Made by a program: the position numbers and the translations under genes
Shown here: piece by piece, positions 21,235 through 31,002 of the stretch
Position numbering within the stretch: the stretch's first letter is position 1
Layout of the letters: each line of letters starts with the position of its first letter
Notes under the pieces: model-generated
Seen by the model: only the letters and a program-made list of their open reading frames with translations
What the model was told of the DNA's origin: nothing
Database searches by the model: none
DNA from: Deltaproteobacteria bacterium
GTDB taxonomy: Bacteria; SAR324; XYD2-FULL-50-16
NCBI GenBank assembly: GCA_018657625.1
Contig: JABHWU010000124.1
Location: 15,277-79,276 of the forward strand
Reading direction: 5' to 3'
DNA length: 64,000 nt

Positions 21235-21259
21235 AAAAACAGCTCTATTATAATGAACA

Positions 21260-21922
21260 TTATTCAGGTTGTTTCAAAGCTAAAATCGCTTTTGCATAAT
21301 CATTACTTTTAAAAATCGCAGATCCGGCAACGGCAATATCCATTCCTGCATTTGTCAAACGACTGACTGTTGCGGCGTTTACACCACCATCCACTTCAAT
21401 TTCAACATTTAAGCTTTGTTTTATAATCATTTCTTTTAAAGCTTCTATTTTTCGTAAACCACTTTCAATAAAAGATTGCCCACCAAATCCGGGATTAACT
21501 GTCATGATTACCACCATATCGACTTCTTCAAGTATCCATTCTATTGTGGTTAAAGATGTTGAAGGGTTAAGACAAACTGCCGGTTTGGTCCCATGATCTC
21601 TGATAACCCTTAATAGACGATGAATATGAATCGTCGATTCCACATGGATGGCGATACGATCAAGATTTAAATCCAGAAAAGATTGAATATTATTTTCCGG
21701 TTGGGCAATCATCAAATGTGCATCATATTCAATTCCTTCGAATTTAGGTAGGCACTTGATTACTTCCGGACCAAAAGTAATATTGGGAACAAAGACACCA
21801 TCCATAATATCAAGATGGATTAAATCAGCACCACCTTTGACAACCTGATTTATTTCAGTATTCAGGTTACTAAAATCTGATGCTAAAATTGAAGGAGCAA
21901 TTTTAATCATTTTTATTACCAT
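21260..21922 (-). CDS. rpe: ribulose-phosphate 3-epimerase
   Basis: IAPSILASDFSNL...HLDIMDGVFVPNITFG canonical Rpe. 220 aa. Confidence 0.9.
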   Translation of the reverse strand: MVIKMIKIAPSILASDFSNLNTEINQVVKGGADLIHLDIMDGVFVPNITFGPEVIKCLPKFEGIEYDAHLMIAQPENNIQSFLDLNLDRIAIHVESTIHIHRLLRVIRDHGTKPAVCLNPSTSLTTIEWILEEVDMVVIMTVNPGFGGQSFIESGLRKIEALKEMIIKQSLNVEIEVDGGVNAATVSRLTNAGMDIAVAGSAIFKSNDYAKAILALKQPE

Positions 21923-22037
21923 TGTTTTAATGAAAACCAGAACTACAAGGTTAAATTATAATCCAAACACGATACTTTCAAATGTAAATTTTCAAATTTT
22001 ATTGGTTATAGTCAATTATTTCTATGATCCAAGTCTA

Positions 22038-23384
22038 TCAAAAATTACACTTTCTTTTTAGCAAAGCAGCAAATGCGCCCATTCCCTGCTGGCTGGGAAG
22101 ATGTTGATAGTATCCCTCTACTGTGATCATAGATGTGGGAATATTCTGGGGATCCATTTGGATCAATTCAAATTGTTCATGGTTTTCCTTTAAAAAAATT
22201 TCAATGACCTGTTGATTTTCTTCCGGTTCCATTGAACAGGTGCTATATATTAAATATCCATTTTGACAGACTGTTTTTTTAAGATGATTCAATAATTGTA
22301 ATTGTTTCTGTTGATTGAATTTAAAATCATCTAACTGTCTGGACCATTTTATTTCAGGATGTTTACGTATGGTACCTGTGGCACTACAGGGCGCATCCAA
22401 CAAAACACATTCGAATTGATTTTGATGTTCGTCTAACGCCAAAACATCCTGACAAATAATTTCAGCCTGACTCTGATATCTTTTTTTATTTTCTATCAAG
22501 CGCTTAAACCTGCCTTTGGATATCTCAATACCCACCAATTTTTCAATTTGATCATCAGCTGTCCACTCCAAATTAAATAGTTTTCCTCCTGGAGACGCGC
22601 AAGCATCCAGAATTCTTTTCTTTGAAAGCGGCTTCAAAATAGTGTTGATTAATTGCGCAGAAAAATCCTGAACCAAAAAAGACCCCGATCGGTACATCTC
22701 AGAGTCGAATAATCCATTTGGGTTATGAATTAAAAAACCACCAGAATCCAGCTCTTCATAGGAAAAATTAGCTTTTTTAAATTGCTCCAGAAGTTTTTCT
22801 TTTTCAAATTTAGGATTTAGCACCAAATTAATTTGCGGTGTCTGATTATTAAAATGGCAAATCAACCGGGTTTGTTCAGTACCATAAAAAGCTTCCCAGC
22901 GTTGAACCATCCACTCAGGATGACTTGATTGCAGAGATAATTTTTGATTGAGTAAGCTTTTTTCCAAACTCTCTCTGGTTCTAAGATAACTTCTTAAACT
23001 ACCATTGATAAATCCCTTCAAATACGGTTTTTTCAAATAATTCATTAAGGCTACTGTTTCATTAACAACAGCATAATCATCAAGCTTTTCTTCCTGATCT
23101 AATTGGGCAATTCCTATCATTAATACCACCTGAACATACAGATCCAGTTTTTTTAGGGGGCGTTTAGTAATTTTTTCTATCAGAAAGAGATACCGATCCC
23201 TATACCTGATAACATTACTGATAATTAAGCGATATAAAGCAAAATTGGCCGGTAAATTAAAATTTTTTCGATCTTTAAACCGAATTGTCGTTGATTCAAA
23301 CCATATCAACAGGTCATCTAAAGCATATGCTCTGGCTGATTTCTCTTTAGTTTTAGATGATTTTATTTTCTTTTTTGACATCAC
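22038..23384 (-). CDS. rsmB: 16S rRNA (cytosine-C5)-methyltransferase RsmB/Sun
   Basis: N-terminal NusB-like region, SAM motif LDACASPGGK, catalytic TCS. 448 aa. Confidence 0.8.
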   Translation of the reverse strand: MMSKKKIKSSKTKEKSARAYALDDLLIWFESTTIRFKDRKNFNLPANFALYRLIISNVIRYRDRYLFLIEKITKRPLKKLDLYVQVVLMIGIAQLDQEEKLDDYAVVNETVALMNYLKKPYLKGFINGSLRSYLRTRESLEKSLLNQKLSLQSSHPEWMVQRWEAFYGTEQTRLICHFNNQTPQINLVLNPKFEKEKLLEQFKKANFSYEELDSGGFLIHNPNGLFDSEMYRSGSFLVQDFSAQLINTILKPLSKKRILDACASPGGKLFNLEWTADDQIEKLVGIEISKGRFKRLIENKKRYQSQAEIICQDVLALDEHQNQFECVLLDAPCSATGTIRKHPEIKWSRQLDDFKFNQQKQLQLLNHLKKTVCQNGYLIYSTCSMEPEENQQVIEIFLKENHEQFELIQMDPQNIPTSMITVEGYYQHLPSQQGMGAFAALLKRKCNF

Positions 23385-23399
23385 TCTTTAATCTTATAA

Positions 23400-24725
23400 T
23401 TACAATACATTTGATGCCAATTCTGCTAATTTCGAACGAACGCCATGAATCAAATTGACATGCCCGGCTAAATCAAATTTCTGAAAATTTTCAATTACAT
23501 GGGATAGACCATTAGAATTAACATCCATATACGGATTATCGATTTGATAAGGGTCCCCCGTCAAGACAAGCTTTGTCCCCTCTCCGACACGAGTCACGAT
23601 GGTCTTTAACTCATGTGGGGTTAAGTTTTGCGCTTCATCCACAATCATGAAGCGATGGGGTATGGATCTTCCACGAATATAGGTTAGCGGTTCTGTCTCC
23701 ACTAATCCCATGTCTAGCAATTTTTGATATCCGCCTGATTTGCTTTTAGGAGAGGTTTGATTGCTGGATAAAAATTCCAAATTATCAAAAATGGGTTGCA
23801 TCCAGGGTTGCATTTTCTGTTCAATATCTCCAGGTAAATACCCCATATCCTTACCCATGGGAAAAATAGGTCGTGAAACCAAAACTTTTTCATAGATATT
23901 TTGAGAAAGCATTTGTTCCAATGCTGCCGCTAAAGCCAACAGTGTTTTCCCGGTTCCAGCCTTACCTGCTAGAATGACGACATCAATTGCAGGATCCATT
24001 AAAAAGTCCAGCGCCACTGCCTGCTCAATATTTCTGGCTTTAATCCCCCAGACCCCATCCGTAAAATCAACAATTGTTTCCAATTTATTTTCACTTTCAA
24101 TATATCGGGTAATCGTCGCATCTTCTTTTCGATTTTCAGAAAAAAGCAAAACATTTTGATTGGCGTGGTATCTTTCAGGGTCTACTTTGATAAAGCCTTG
24201 TTTTCGAAGTTTTATCCCCTGATTTTCCGGGAGCATCTCTTTGATAATTCCTTGATAAAACTTCTCCAGATTTGGTAACTGGTTTTCATAGGGAACCACC
24301 TGAATTCCCAAGGATGCTACCCTGATTCTTAAATTGATATCATTTGTCACCAGAATTGTGTTTTCCGGATACGCAGTATTCAAAATACGGGTCACAGCCA
24401 ATACTTTATTAGAGTTTTTATTAGGGTTTAAAAATGCAGGTAAACGCAAATCTTTGTTTTCAGCCACGTATACTGAAAGCACACTTTTATTATCCAGTGG
24501 GACACCATCGGTTAGTGACCCTTTTTCCCGTAGATTATCCAGTAACTTTGTAACAATTCTCGCACTTCGTCCGGTTTCTGTGATTTCCTTCTTGAAATAG
24601 TCAATCTCTTCCAATACAAAAATAGGTATGATAACATGAGATTCCGGAAAAGCATAAATACTTTCGGGATCATGTAACAACACACTGGCATCTAATATAT
24701 ACTTTTTTATTTTTTTTTCAGACAT
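23400..24725 (-). CDS. PhoH-like ATPase with N-terminal PIN domain (PhoH2/YlaK type)
   Basis: N-terminal PIN-like acidic residues (YILDASVLLHDP...), C-terminal PhoH P-loop GKAGTGKTLLAL and DEAQN Walker B. Confidence 0.8.
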   Translation of the reverse strand: MSEKKIKKYILDASVLLHDPESIYAFPESHVIIPIFVLEEIDYFKKEITETGRSARIVTKLLDNLREKGSLTDGVPLDNKSVLSVYVAENKDLRLPAFLNPNKNSNKVLAVTRILNTAYPENTILVTNDINLRIRVASLGIQVVPYENQLPNLEKFYQGIIKEMLPENQGIKLRKQGFIKVDPERYHANQNVLLFSENRKEDATITRYIESENKLETIVDFTDGVWGIKARNIEQAVALDFLMDPAIDVVILAGKAGTGKTLLALAAALEQMLSQNIYEKVLVSRPIFPMGKDMGYLPGDIEQKMQPWMQPIFDNLEFLSSNQTSPKSKSGGYQKLLDMGLVETEPLTYIRGRSIPHRFMIVDEAQNLTPHELKTIVTRVGEGTKLVLTGDPYQIDNPYMDVNSNGLSHVIENFQKFDLAGHVNLIHGVRSKLAELASNVL

Positions 24726-24995
24726 TGCTAATTGGAGTTATTTTTTCTTTTATATTCAGTATATTAGAGTTTACACCCTAACTTCAATTTGATGATATCA
24801 CTTGGTTCTGTTAATAAAGAGCAGTTAAAATTTAAATAGAACCGTTCTACTTCTAAAATGTTACCTAAGGTACACGCATTTTGCTTTTTTTAACACCCTA
24901 ATGTTATTTATACAGCATTAAAAATAGAGATTTAAGGCTCTAAAGTCTGTCTCCAAAACCTTTATCTTAATTTACAATTTATACCGGGAAAAATA

Positions 24996-25898
24996 ATGAA
25001 TAAAATCAAACAGGCGTCTTTAATGACAGCTATAAAAACCCCTTATTTACCAAATCGTAAATTTGATTTGGAAGCATTTGACAAATTGGTTGAGTTGCAA
25101 ATTAAAAGTGGTGTTCAGGGATTAATCGTCGGAGGAACTACCGGAGAAGGTCAATTAATGGGATGGGATGAACATATAATGCTAATTGCCCATTGTGTTC
25201 ATAAATATTCTGATCAACTGGTTATCGTGGGTAATACCGGCAGTAATAATACCTATGAAGCCCATCGCGCAACGGAACAGGGTTTTGCAGTAGGTATGGA
25301 TGCAGCTTTACAGATCAATCCCTATTATGGGAAGACCTCATCAAAAGGTAACATCGCTCATTTCCAAAAACTTCTGGATCTTGGTCCCGGAATTATTTAC
25401 AACGTCCCCGGTAGAACAGGACAGGATATTGAGCCTGAAATTATTGAACTACTAGCTCAAAATAAAAATCTGGTTGGTATTAAAGAATGTATGGGTTTAG
25501 ATCGAATTAAACATTATGAAACACAAGGAATTGCCTGCTGGTCAGGAAATGATGATTTGTCACACGATTGTCGACATTTAGGGAAAAGTCATGGCGTCAT
25601 CTCTGTTGCCAGTAATGTCATTCCTAAGACAATGCGTATACTAATGGACTCACCACAATCCGAGCTGGATAAACAGCTAAAAACCTTTTTTGATTGGTTA
25701 TTTTGTGAACCGAATCCTATTCCTTTAAATACAATAATGCCCATGTTAGGTTTATCGAAACCTATTTTCCGATTACCTTATGTTCCACTGGATGAAAATC
25801 AGCGAGCAGAAGGTCTGAAAATTTTCAAAGATTTGAATCTGGATGAATTAAATACTGACATTCAGAATTTGTCTGATGATCAGTATATTTGCCTATAA
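24996..25898 (+). CDS. dapA: 4-hydroxy-tetrahydrodipicolinate synthase (DapA family)
   Basis: GTTGEG, PYYGK, YNVPGRTG, and catalytic Lys in GIKECMG align with E. coli DapA T44/Y107/Y133/K161. Confidence 0.75.
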   Translation: MNKIKQASLMTAIKTPYLPNRKFDLEAFDKLVELQIKSGVQGLIVGGTTGEGQLMGWDEHIMLIAHCVHKYSDQLVIVGNTGSNNTYEAHRATEQGFAVGMDAALQINPYYGKTSSKGNIAHFQKLLDLGPGIIYNVPGRTGQDIEPEIIELLAQNKNLVGIKECMGLDRIKHYETQGIACWSGNDDLSHDCRHLGKSHGVISVASNVIPKTMRILMDSPQSELDKQLKTFFDWLFCEPNPIPLNTIMPMLGLSKPIFRLPYVPLDENQRAEGLKIFKDLNLDELNTDIQNLSDDQYICL

Positions 25899-26022
25899 AA
25901 GGTTTTTAAATCGAAAACTGGCTTCATTTATTTAATTGTGGCTTATCATTAAATGGCTCTCTAAAATAACACTTTATTAATCAAATTTAAATATTAAAAC
26001 CATTTCACCCCCAATAAAAAGT

Positions 26023-27174
26023 ATGAAGGATATAAATTTTGATCATCTGGTAAACTTACAACCATTTTTGGCTATGGAAATTTTTGCTAAAGCCAGTGAA
26101 TTAGAAAAACAAGGAAGAGAAATCATCCATCTTGAATTCGGCGAGCCCGATTTTCAAACACCGGCTGTTATTTCAAAAGCTGCCATTCAGGCAATTAACG
26201 ACGCTCAGACAAAATACACACATACACAGGGAATCGATTCATTTAGAGCAGCGGTGGCAAAAATTTACCAGGAAAAATATGGGGTTAATATTTCAACATC
26301 ACGAATTTTAACTTCCAGTGGTAGTTCCATTTTGCTTTATATTGCTATCAGATTATTGGTACCCCCGGGAGATGAGCTATTATTCACAGACCCGTCCTAC
26401 GCCTGTTATAAAAACCTGGCATATATTGCGGGTGTTGTTCCTAAAACAGTTCCCTTAAGATTAGAAGATGGTTTTCAGCTAGACATGGATCTATTAAAAA
26501 AATCAATAACACCAAAAACTAAAGCTATTTTAATCAATTCCCCGGCTAATCCAACCGGCGTGGTATTTAGTAAAGAAACTTATAAAGCATTGGCCGAGTT
26601 GGAAATTCCCATAATTTCGGATGAAATATACACAGATTTGATTTATGAAGGTGACAAATACAGTATGTTAAACTTTACTGACAGATGTGTAGTCTTGAAC
26701 GGACTCTCAAAATATTACGCCATGACAGGATGGCGATTGGGTTATTTTATCATTGATGAGAAATGGGTTAAAACGGCTTCTTTTCTCAACCAAAATTTGA
26801 TGATTTCGGCTTCAGAATTTGTACAAAAAGCAGGTGCTGCTGCCTTAATGGAGAGTGAATCCGAATGCTTTAAAATGAGTTTAGAGTTTGATGAACGGCG
26901 AAAATTTGTGCTGAAAAGATTGAAAGAAATTGGACTGGATCCACAATATAACCCAACTGCCGCTTTTTATATTTTCTTAAAATATCCTAATCAAAATGTT
27001 AAATCATTGGATCTGGCTAAAGACATCCTGGAAAAAGCTAATGTCGCAATGACTCCGGGTATAGATTTTGGTCAGGGTGGAGAAGGATTTATCCGCCTAA
27101 GTTATGCCAATTCAATGGAAAATCTGGATAAAGCCTTAAGCAATTTAGAACAGTATTTCAAAACCTATGGTTAA
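26023..27174 (+). CDS. class I/II pyridoxal-phosphate-dependent aminotransferase (aspartate/LL-DAP aminotransferase-like)
   Basis: 383 aa, fold type I motifs including SKYYAMTGWRLGY (PLP-Lys region). Adjacent to dapA. Confidence 0.75.
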   Translation: MKDINFDHLVNLQPFLAMEIFAKASELEKQGREIIHLEFGEPDFQTPAVISKAAIQAINDAQTKYTHTQGIDSFRAAVAKIYQEKYGVNISTSRILTSSGSSILLYIAIRLLVPPGDELLFTDPSYACYKNLAYIAGVVPKTVPLRLEDGFQLDMDLLKKSITPKTKAILINSPANPTGVVFSKETYKALAELEIPIISDEIYTDLIYEGDKYSMLNFTDRCVVLNGLSKYYAMTGWRLGYFIIDEKWVKTASFLNQNLMISASEFVQKAGAAALMESESECFKMSLEFDERRKFVLKRLKEIGLDPQYNPTAAFYIFLKYPNQNVKSLDLAKDILEKANVAMTPGIDFGQGGEGFIRLSYANSMENLDKALSNLEQYFKTYG

Positions 27175-27323
27175 AGATATAATTCATCCTTGCTTAGGAA
27201 TTATATTGCATTGGTAATGCAAAAAGAGATAATCTATAATCACTAAATAAAAAACCAGGTAATAAACTTTAATCCTTTTCATTGATCAAACCATCTTTGA
27301 GAAGACCAAGAACATAAACAAAA

Positions 27324-27629
27324 ATGCCAAATAAAAAAAATAGTTATGTATTAGATGGACACTCTGTGGACCACGTCCGAAATCGCAACGAGACAAAGGC
27401 CGTTCAGATTCTAAATGAAGTATTGAGTGAATTTAAAGATTTTGATCACTGCCAGCTATGTATAGAGGACATTTACGGCCTGACCATAAATCAATTACCG
27501 GTAAGGTATATACAGGTGGGCGGTTTGAATTTAAAGAAGGGAATCTCCGACGATGAGATCAGAAAAATTGCCAGGGAATCTATTCAAAGAGTTATTGAAA
27601 AACCTTCACACTCCATTCCCGGAAAATAG
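27324..27629 (+). CDS. ComFB-like small protein
   Basis: 101 aa with the spaced Cys pair (DHCQLCIEDIYGLTINQLPVRYIQ) characteristic of ComFB family. Assignment from pattern only. Confidence 0.4.
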   Translation: MPNKKNSYVLDGHSVDHVRNRNETKAVQILNEVLSEFKDFDHCQLCIEDIYGLTINQLPVRYIQVGGLNLKKGISDDEIRKIARESIQRVIEKPSHSIPGK

Positions 27630-27739
27630 CTGATACTGCTATTACGAGATAATCAGTTGTCTCTAAATTTTTTACTTATTTGTCAGCAACTTGACATTAA
27701 TCTGTTATTATCGGCGTTCGCCATCGAAAAAAACACTAT

Positions 27740-28246
27740 ATGAAATCAAACCTGACACTTATCGGAATGCCCGGGGCAGGAAAAAGTACTATCGGAATAA
27801 TACTCGCAAAAAATTTGGGACTTGGTTTTATCGATACTGATGTTCTCATTCAGATTAATCAACAAAAGACTTTACAACAGATTGTAGATAGTAGTGGGCA
27901 TCTTAAGTTAAGAGACATTGAAGAAAATGAAATTATCAAAATAAATATTGAAAATACTGTCATTTCTACAGGAGGAAGCGTTGCCTACAGTGAAAAAGCA
28001 ATGACACATTTGAATAGCATCTCCAAAATAGTTTTCCTTGATACAAATTTAGAAGAGCTAAAAAGAAGAATTACTAATTTCGAAACCAGGGGAATAGCAA
28101 AAGATCATAACCAAACATTAATGGATCTTTTTGAAGAACGTCAAATTCTCTATAAAAAATATGCAGAAGTCACTATTGATTGCAATAAATTAAACCAGGA
28201 AGCATTGGCTGAACAAATTGCAAATTGGTATAAAAATCTAAATTAA
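27740..28246 (+). CDS. aroK: shikimate kinase
   Basis: LIGMPGAGKSTIG P-loop at N-terminus, 168 aa, GGG(S/A) shikimate-binding region. Confidence 0.85.
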   Translation: MKSNLTLIGMPGAGKSTIGIILAKNLGLGFIDTDVLIQINQQKTLQQIVDSSGHLKLRDIEENEIIKINIENTVISTGGSVAYSEKAMTHLNSISKIVFLDTNLEELKRRITNFETRGIAKDHNQTLMDLFEERQILYKKYAEVTIDCNKLNQEALAEQIANWYKNLN

Positions 28247-28346
28247 CTAATGCACTTCCCTGGCTAGAAACTCTTAGCGCTCGGAGATAGAGATTCTTTG
28301 CAGACAATGTTAGTTACTATAATATTTCTTGCCGGATACCGAAAAA

Positions 28347-29711
28347 TCATTTTCTTTTTCTTCTGAGATTGACTTGGGCATCGATAGGTGGATAAATAAA
28401 TTTCCAGTTTATTATCAGCTCTTTTTCAGGAAAGGCTTCCGGAAGTGACGGCCTTTCTAAAGAACCAATCAAAGCCTGAATAACACTCAATTCCATTTCT
28501 GCTGTCAGATTGGAGTCAAATACCTTATAACCAAGCAGTTTCCCTGTTTTTTGTAATCTGACCCGAACCCAAACGTTCCCCCCATCGGGAATTTTTCCCA
28601 GTCTGTAGTCAGTGGGTGCAGACCACCAACGGGAAAGATCAACTGCCCAGTTTTCCATATAACGTTCATAGGTCCATTTATAAGTATTCATGGAGAATTG
28701 AATGGTATCTTCATTGGTACGTTCCGGTTTTATCCCTCTAAAACTTTTTTTTATAATTTCAGGTGTTTCGTCAACAGGTTTTTTAGCATTTGGTGTTACC
28801 CGAAACAGTGGAGAAATACTGGCAACAATGGCCGCTTCTTGCTTCGATTCAACAATGGTTTCTGCTTCCGATTCAACAATCGTTTCTGCTTCCGGTTCAA
28901 CAATCGTTTCTGCTTCCGGTTCAACAATCGTTTCTGCTTCCGGTTCAACAATGGTTTCTGCTTCCGGTTCAACAATCGTTTCTGCTTCCGGTTCAACAAT
29001 GGTTTCTGGAATAGATGCAAAGTCACTCATTAGCTTTGAGGATTGTGGTTCAATGACTTGAACATTATCCAGCTCTGAAACCGGCTCCGATCCAATAACA
29101 TTGACAATACTCTTTTCCGGTTCTGGAGAAATAAGCGGAATCGGTTTTCGATCAGTCACCATCTCCTTTTCAACCTGAGAAGGATCATTTTCAGGGTTTA
29201 TGGTTTCCGGAATTTCTTCTTCGGTATCAATTATCTCATCCGGTTTATGCTCAGTTTCATTTACAGGTTTCTGATCCAAAGGTGCTTCCAGTAATTTTTC
29301 AAAAAACGCTTGATCCAATTTGGTTTCTTCGCCATCTTTTAGGCCTGCATCTTCTTTTTCCGGCAGGATAATTTCATCTTCAACAGCCGTTTCTGATAAG
29401 TTTTTAGTAAAATCCGGTAAATTCTGATACACTTTATCAACCTGATCGTCGCTGGGAGGAGGTTCTGCCATCACGGGATCCTCTACAGGTTCTTCTACAG
29501 GAACTTCTTTTTTCAACTCCGGCAGCTCATCCTCCAGTAATTGAATTTCAATACCCTCATCATAAATATTAGGAATGAAAACTTGATTCAACCACGAAGA
29601 AAGTGGTGAAATTATTGAGATGTGGAATAATAATGATATCGTGATTGCAAATAACAACCAGATTCGATCAGGAGCTACCATAAGTACCAAAAACGACTTT
29701 TTTAAATCCAT
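28347..29711 (-). CDS. tonB: TonB-family energy transducer with 7x octapeptide (ETIVEPEA) repeat linker
   Basis: N-terminal TM anchor, acidic/proline-rich linker with tandem ETIVEPEA repeats, C-terminal TonB_C-like domain. Directly downstream of exbB-exbD on the same strand. Confidence 0.7.
   Translation of the reverse strand: MDLKKSFLVLMVAPDRIWLLFAITISLLFHISIISPLSSWLNQVFIPNIYDEGIEIQLLEDELPELKKEVPVEEPVEDPVMAEPPPSDDQVDKVYQNLPDFTKNLSETAVEDEIILPEKEDAGLKDGEETKLDQAFFEKLLEAPLDQKPVNETEHKPDEIIDTEEEIPETINPENDPSQVEKEMVTDRKPIPLISPEPEKSIVNVIGSEPVSELDNVQVIEPQSSKLMSDFASIPETIVEPEAETIVEPEAETIVEPEAETIVEPEAETIVEPEAETIVESEAETIVESKQEAAIVASISPLFRVTPNAKKPVDETPEIIKKSFRGIKPERTNEDTIQFSMNTYKWTYERYMENWAVDLSRWWSAPTDYRLGKIPDGGNVWVRVRLQKTGKLLGYKVFDSNLTAEMELSVIQALIGSLERPSLPEAFPEKELIINWKFIYPPIDAQVNLRRKRK
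28848..29010. repeat. 24 bp tandem repeat, about 6.8 copies, in-frame within tonB
   Basis: Unit ttcaacaatcgtttctgcttccgg repeated head-to-tail with only cgtt/ggtt and ccgg/ccga variants. Produces spurious antisense ORFs in the six-frame track. Confidence 0.9.
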
Positions 29712-30072
29712 TCAATTTAAGGATGTCCAATAAATGAATGACTTTTCCATGCATGACTTTCTTATCAATATTTAATATTACTTTCTGGGAGCGATCATAT
29801 TTTTTCTGTGTAATAATTGATGCAATCTTATCCCAACTGATGACTTGACCATTGATCAACACGGTCTCATCATTTTGAACAATTACGATTAACTTTGATT
29901 CTATTGACACCTGACTGGATGTTTTTGATTCAGGTAAGTTGATACCAATTGCTCGCTGATTAGTAAATTGAGTACTCACGGCAAAAAAGATAATCAACAA
30001 AAACAATATATCCACTAAGGCAGTAAGATTAATACTATTTCTTTTTTTGACTTCTATTTGAAATAACTTCAT
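29668..30072 (-). CDS. exbD: biopolymer transport protein ExbD/TolR
   Basis: 134 aa, single N-terminal TM (INLTALVDILFLLIIFF), ExbD periplasmic domain. Confidence 0.8.
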   Translation of the reverse strand: MKLFQIEVKKRNSINLTALVDILFLLIIFFAVSTQFTNQRAIGINLPESKTSSQVSIESKLIVIVQNDETVLINGQVISWDKIASIITQKKYDRSQKVILNIDKKVMHGKVIHLLDILKLNGFKKVVFGTYGSS

Positions 30073-30076
30073 AAAC

Positions 30077-30700
30077 TCAGGGTTGATAAATACTGTTTTT
30101 AAATTCCGTCAATAAGTCATTCACTTGCTCATCGGCAATAAGTAAAAGATTGTCAATTTGACGGCTCAATAAATTATAAGCAATTAAGGCCGGGATACCA
30201 ATCACTAACCCTGTAACTGTTGTGTAAAGCGCTTCTGAAATTCCTGATGATAATGCTTCCATTTTGGTTTCGCCCGAACCTGATAATCTCGAAAAAACCT
30301 CTACCATTCCTAGCGCTGTTCCTAACAGTCCAAATAAAGGTGCAATTCCAGCAATAGTATCCAAATAAACCAGTCCTCTTTCCAATCTATTTTTAATTTT
30401 CCGGGAAATATCTACTAATTTTTCTTCAACTTTAGATTCCGATAAGGGGAGATGAGTAACAACAGGCAGCAGCAGTTGATTGATTAAAGCAGAGCGACTG
30501 GTAACCGGAATTTTGTTTAATTGCATTCCATCGCTAAACCAGGACTTCCAGTTTTTTAAATAATGAGGGCTTAGTAATCGATTCTTTCTTAAAACCAGCA
30601 CCCGTTCTAACGCTATCAAAATGACCAGGAAGGAACAAATACTGAGTGGAATCATCATAATCCCACCTTTGTTAAAAATAATTTCTAATTGTTCAGTCAT
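30077..30700 (-). CDS. exbB: MotA/TolQ/ExbB proton channel protein
   Basis: 207 aa, 3 TM. Conserved ExbB C-terminal helix region (IAPLFGLLGTALGMVEVF). Confidence 0.8.
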   Translation of the reverse strand: MTEQLEIIFNKGGIMMIPLSICSFLVILIALERVLVLRKNRLLSPHYLKNWKSWFSDGMQLNKIPVTSRSALINQLLLPVVTHLPLSESKVEEKLVDISRKIKNRLERGLVYLDTIAGIAPLFGLLGTALGMVEVFSRLSGSGETKMEALSSGISEALYTTVTGLVIGIPALIAYNLLSRQIDNLLLIADEQVNDLLTEFKNSIYQP

Positions 30701-31002
30701 AGATTATCAAAGTTAATCGTGATTAGATGTCCGTAACATCTTAATTTTACAATCATTTATAAAAACATCCAGTAACTGGATACCAGTTCTAATAACAGTT
30801 TTCATTAGCGATGCGCTTTTCTATTGAAAAATACTTTATACCAGGCTATTGGAGCAGTACAGCCGAATATTACCAACATCATGTCAGCCTACTCAAGGAG
30901 AAATTAATATATTACCAATTTGTAATTATGGATTCCTGTATGACAAGCCTGGCAGGATCAGCCATCCGGTTTTTCAACAATACTTGATCAATCATCAAAA
31001 TA

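Noticed and set aside
28848-29010. Possible CRISPR array (regular short repeats)
   Set aside because: Units are directly abutting with no spacers. They lie in-frame inside a TonB linker. No cas genes or leader are present.
28698-29061. Several overlapping ORFs of 74-119 aa on both strands with internally repetitive sequences (QQSFLLPV..., NRKQKRLL..., SASGSTIV...)
   Set aside because: They are alternative-frame and antisense readings of the 24 bp tandem repeat inside tonB. They have no independent start context and exist only because of the repeat.
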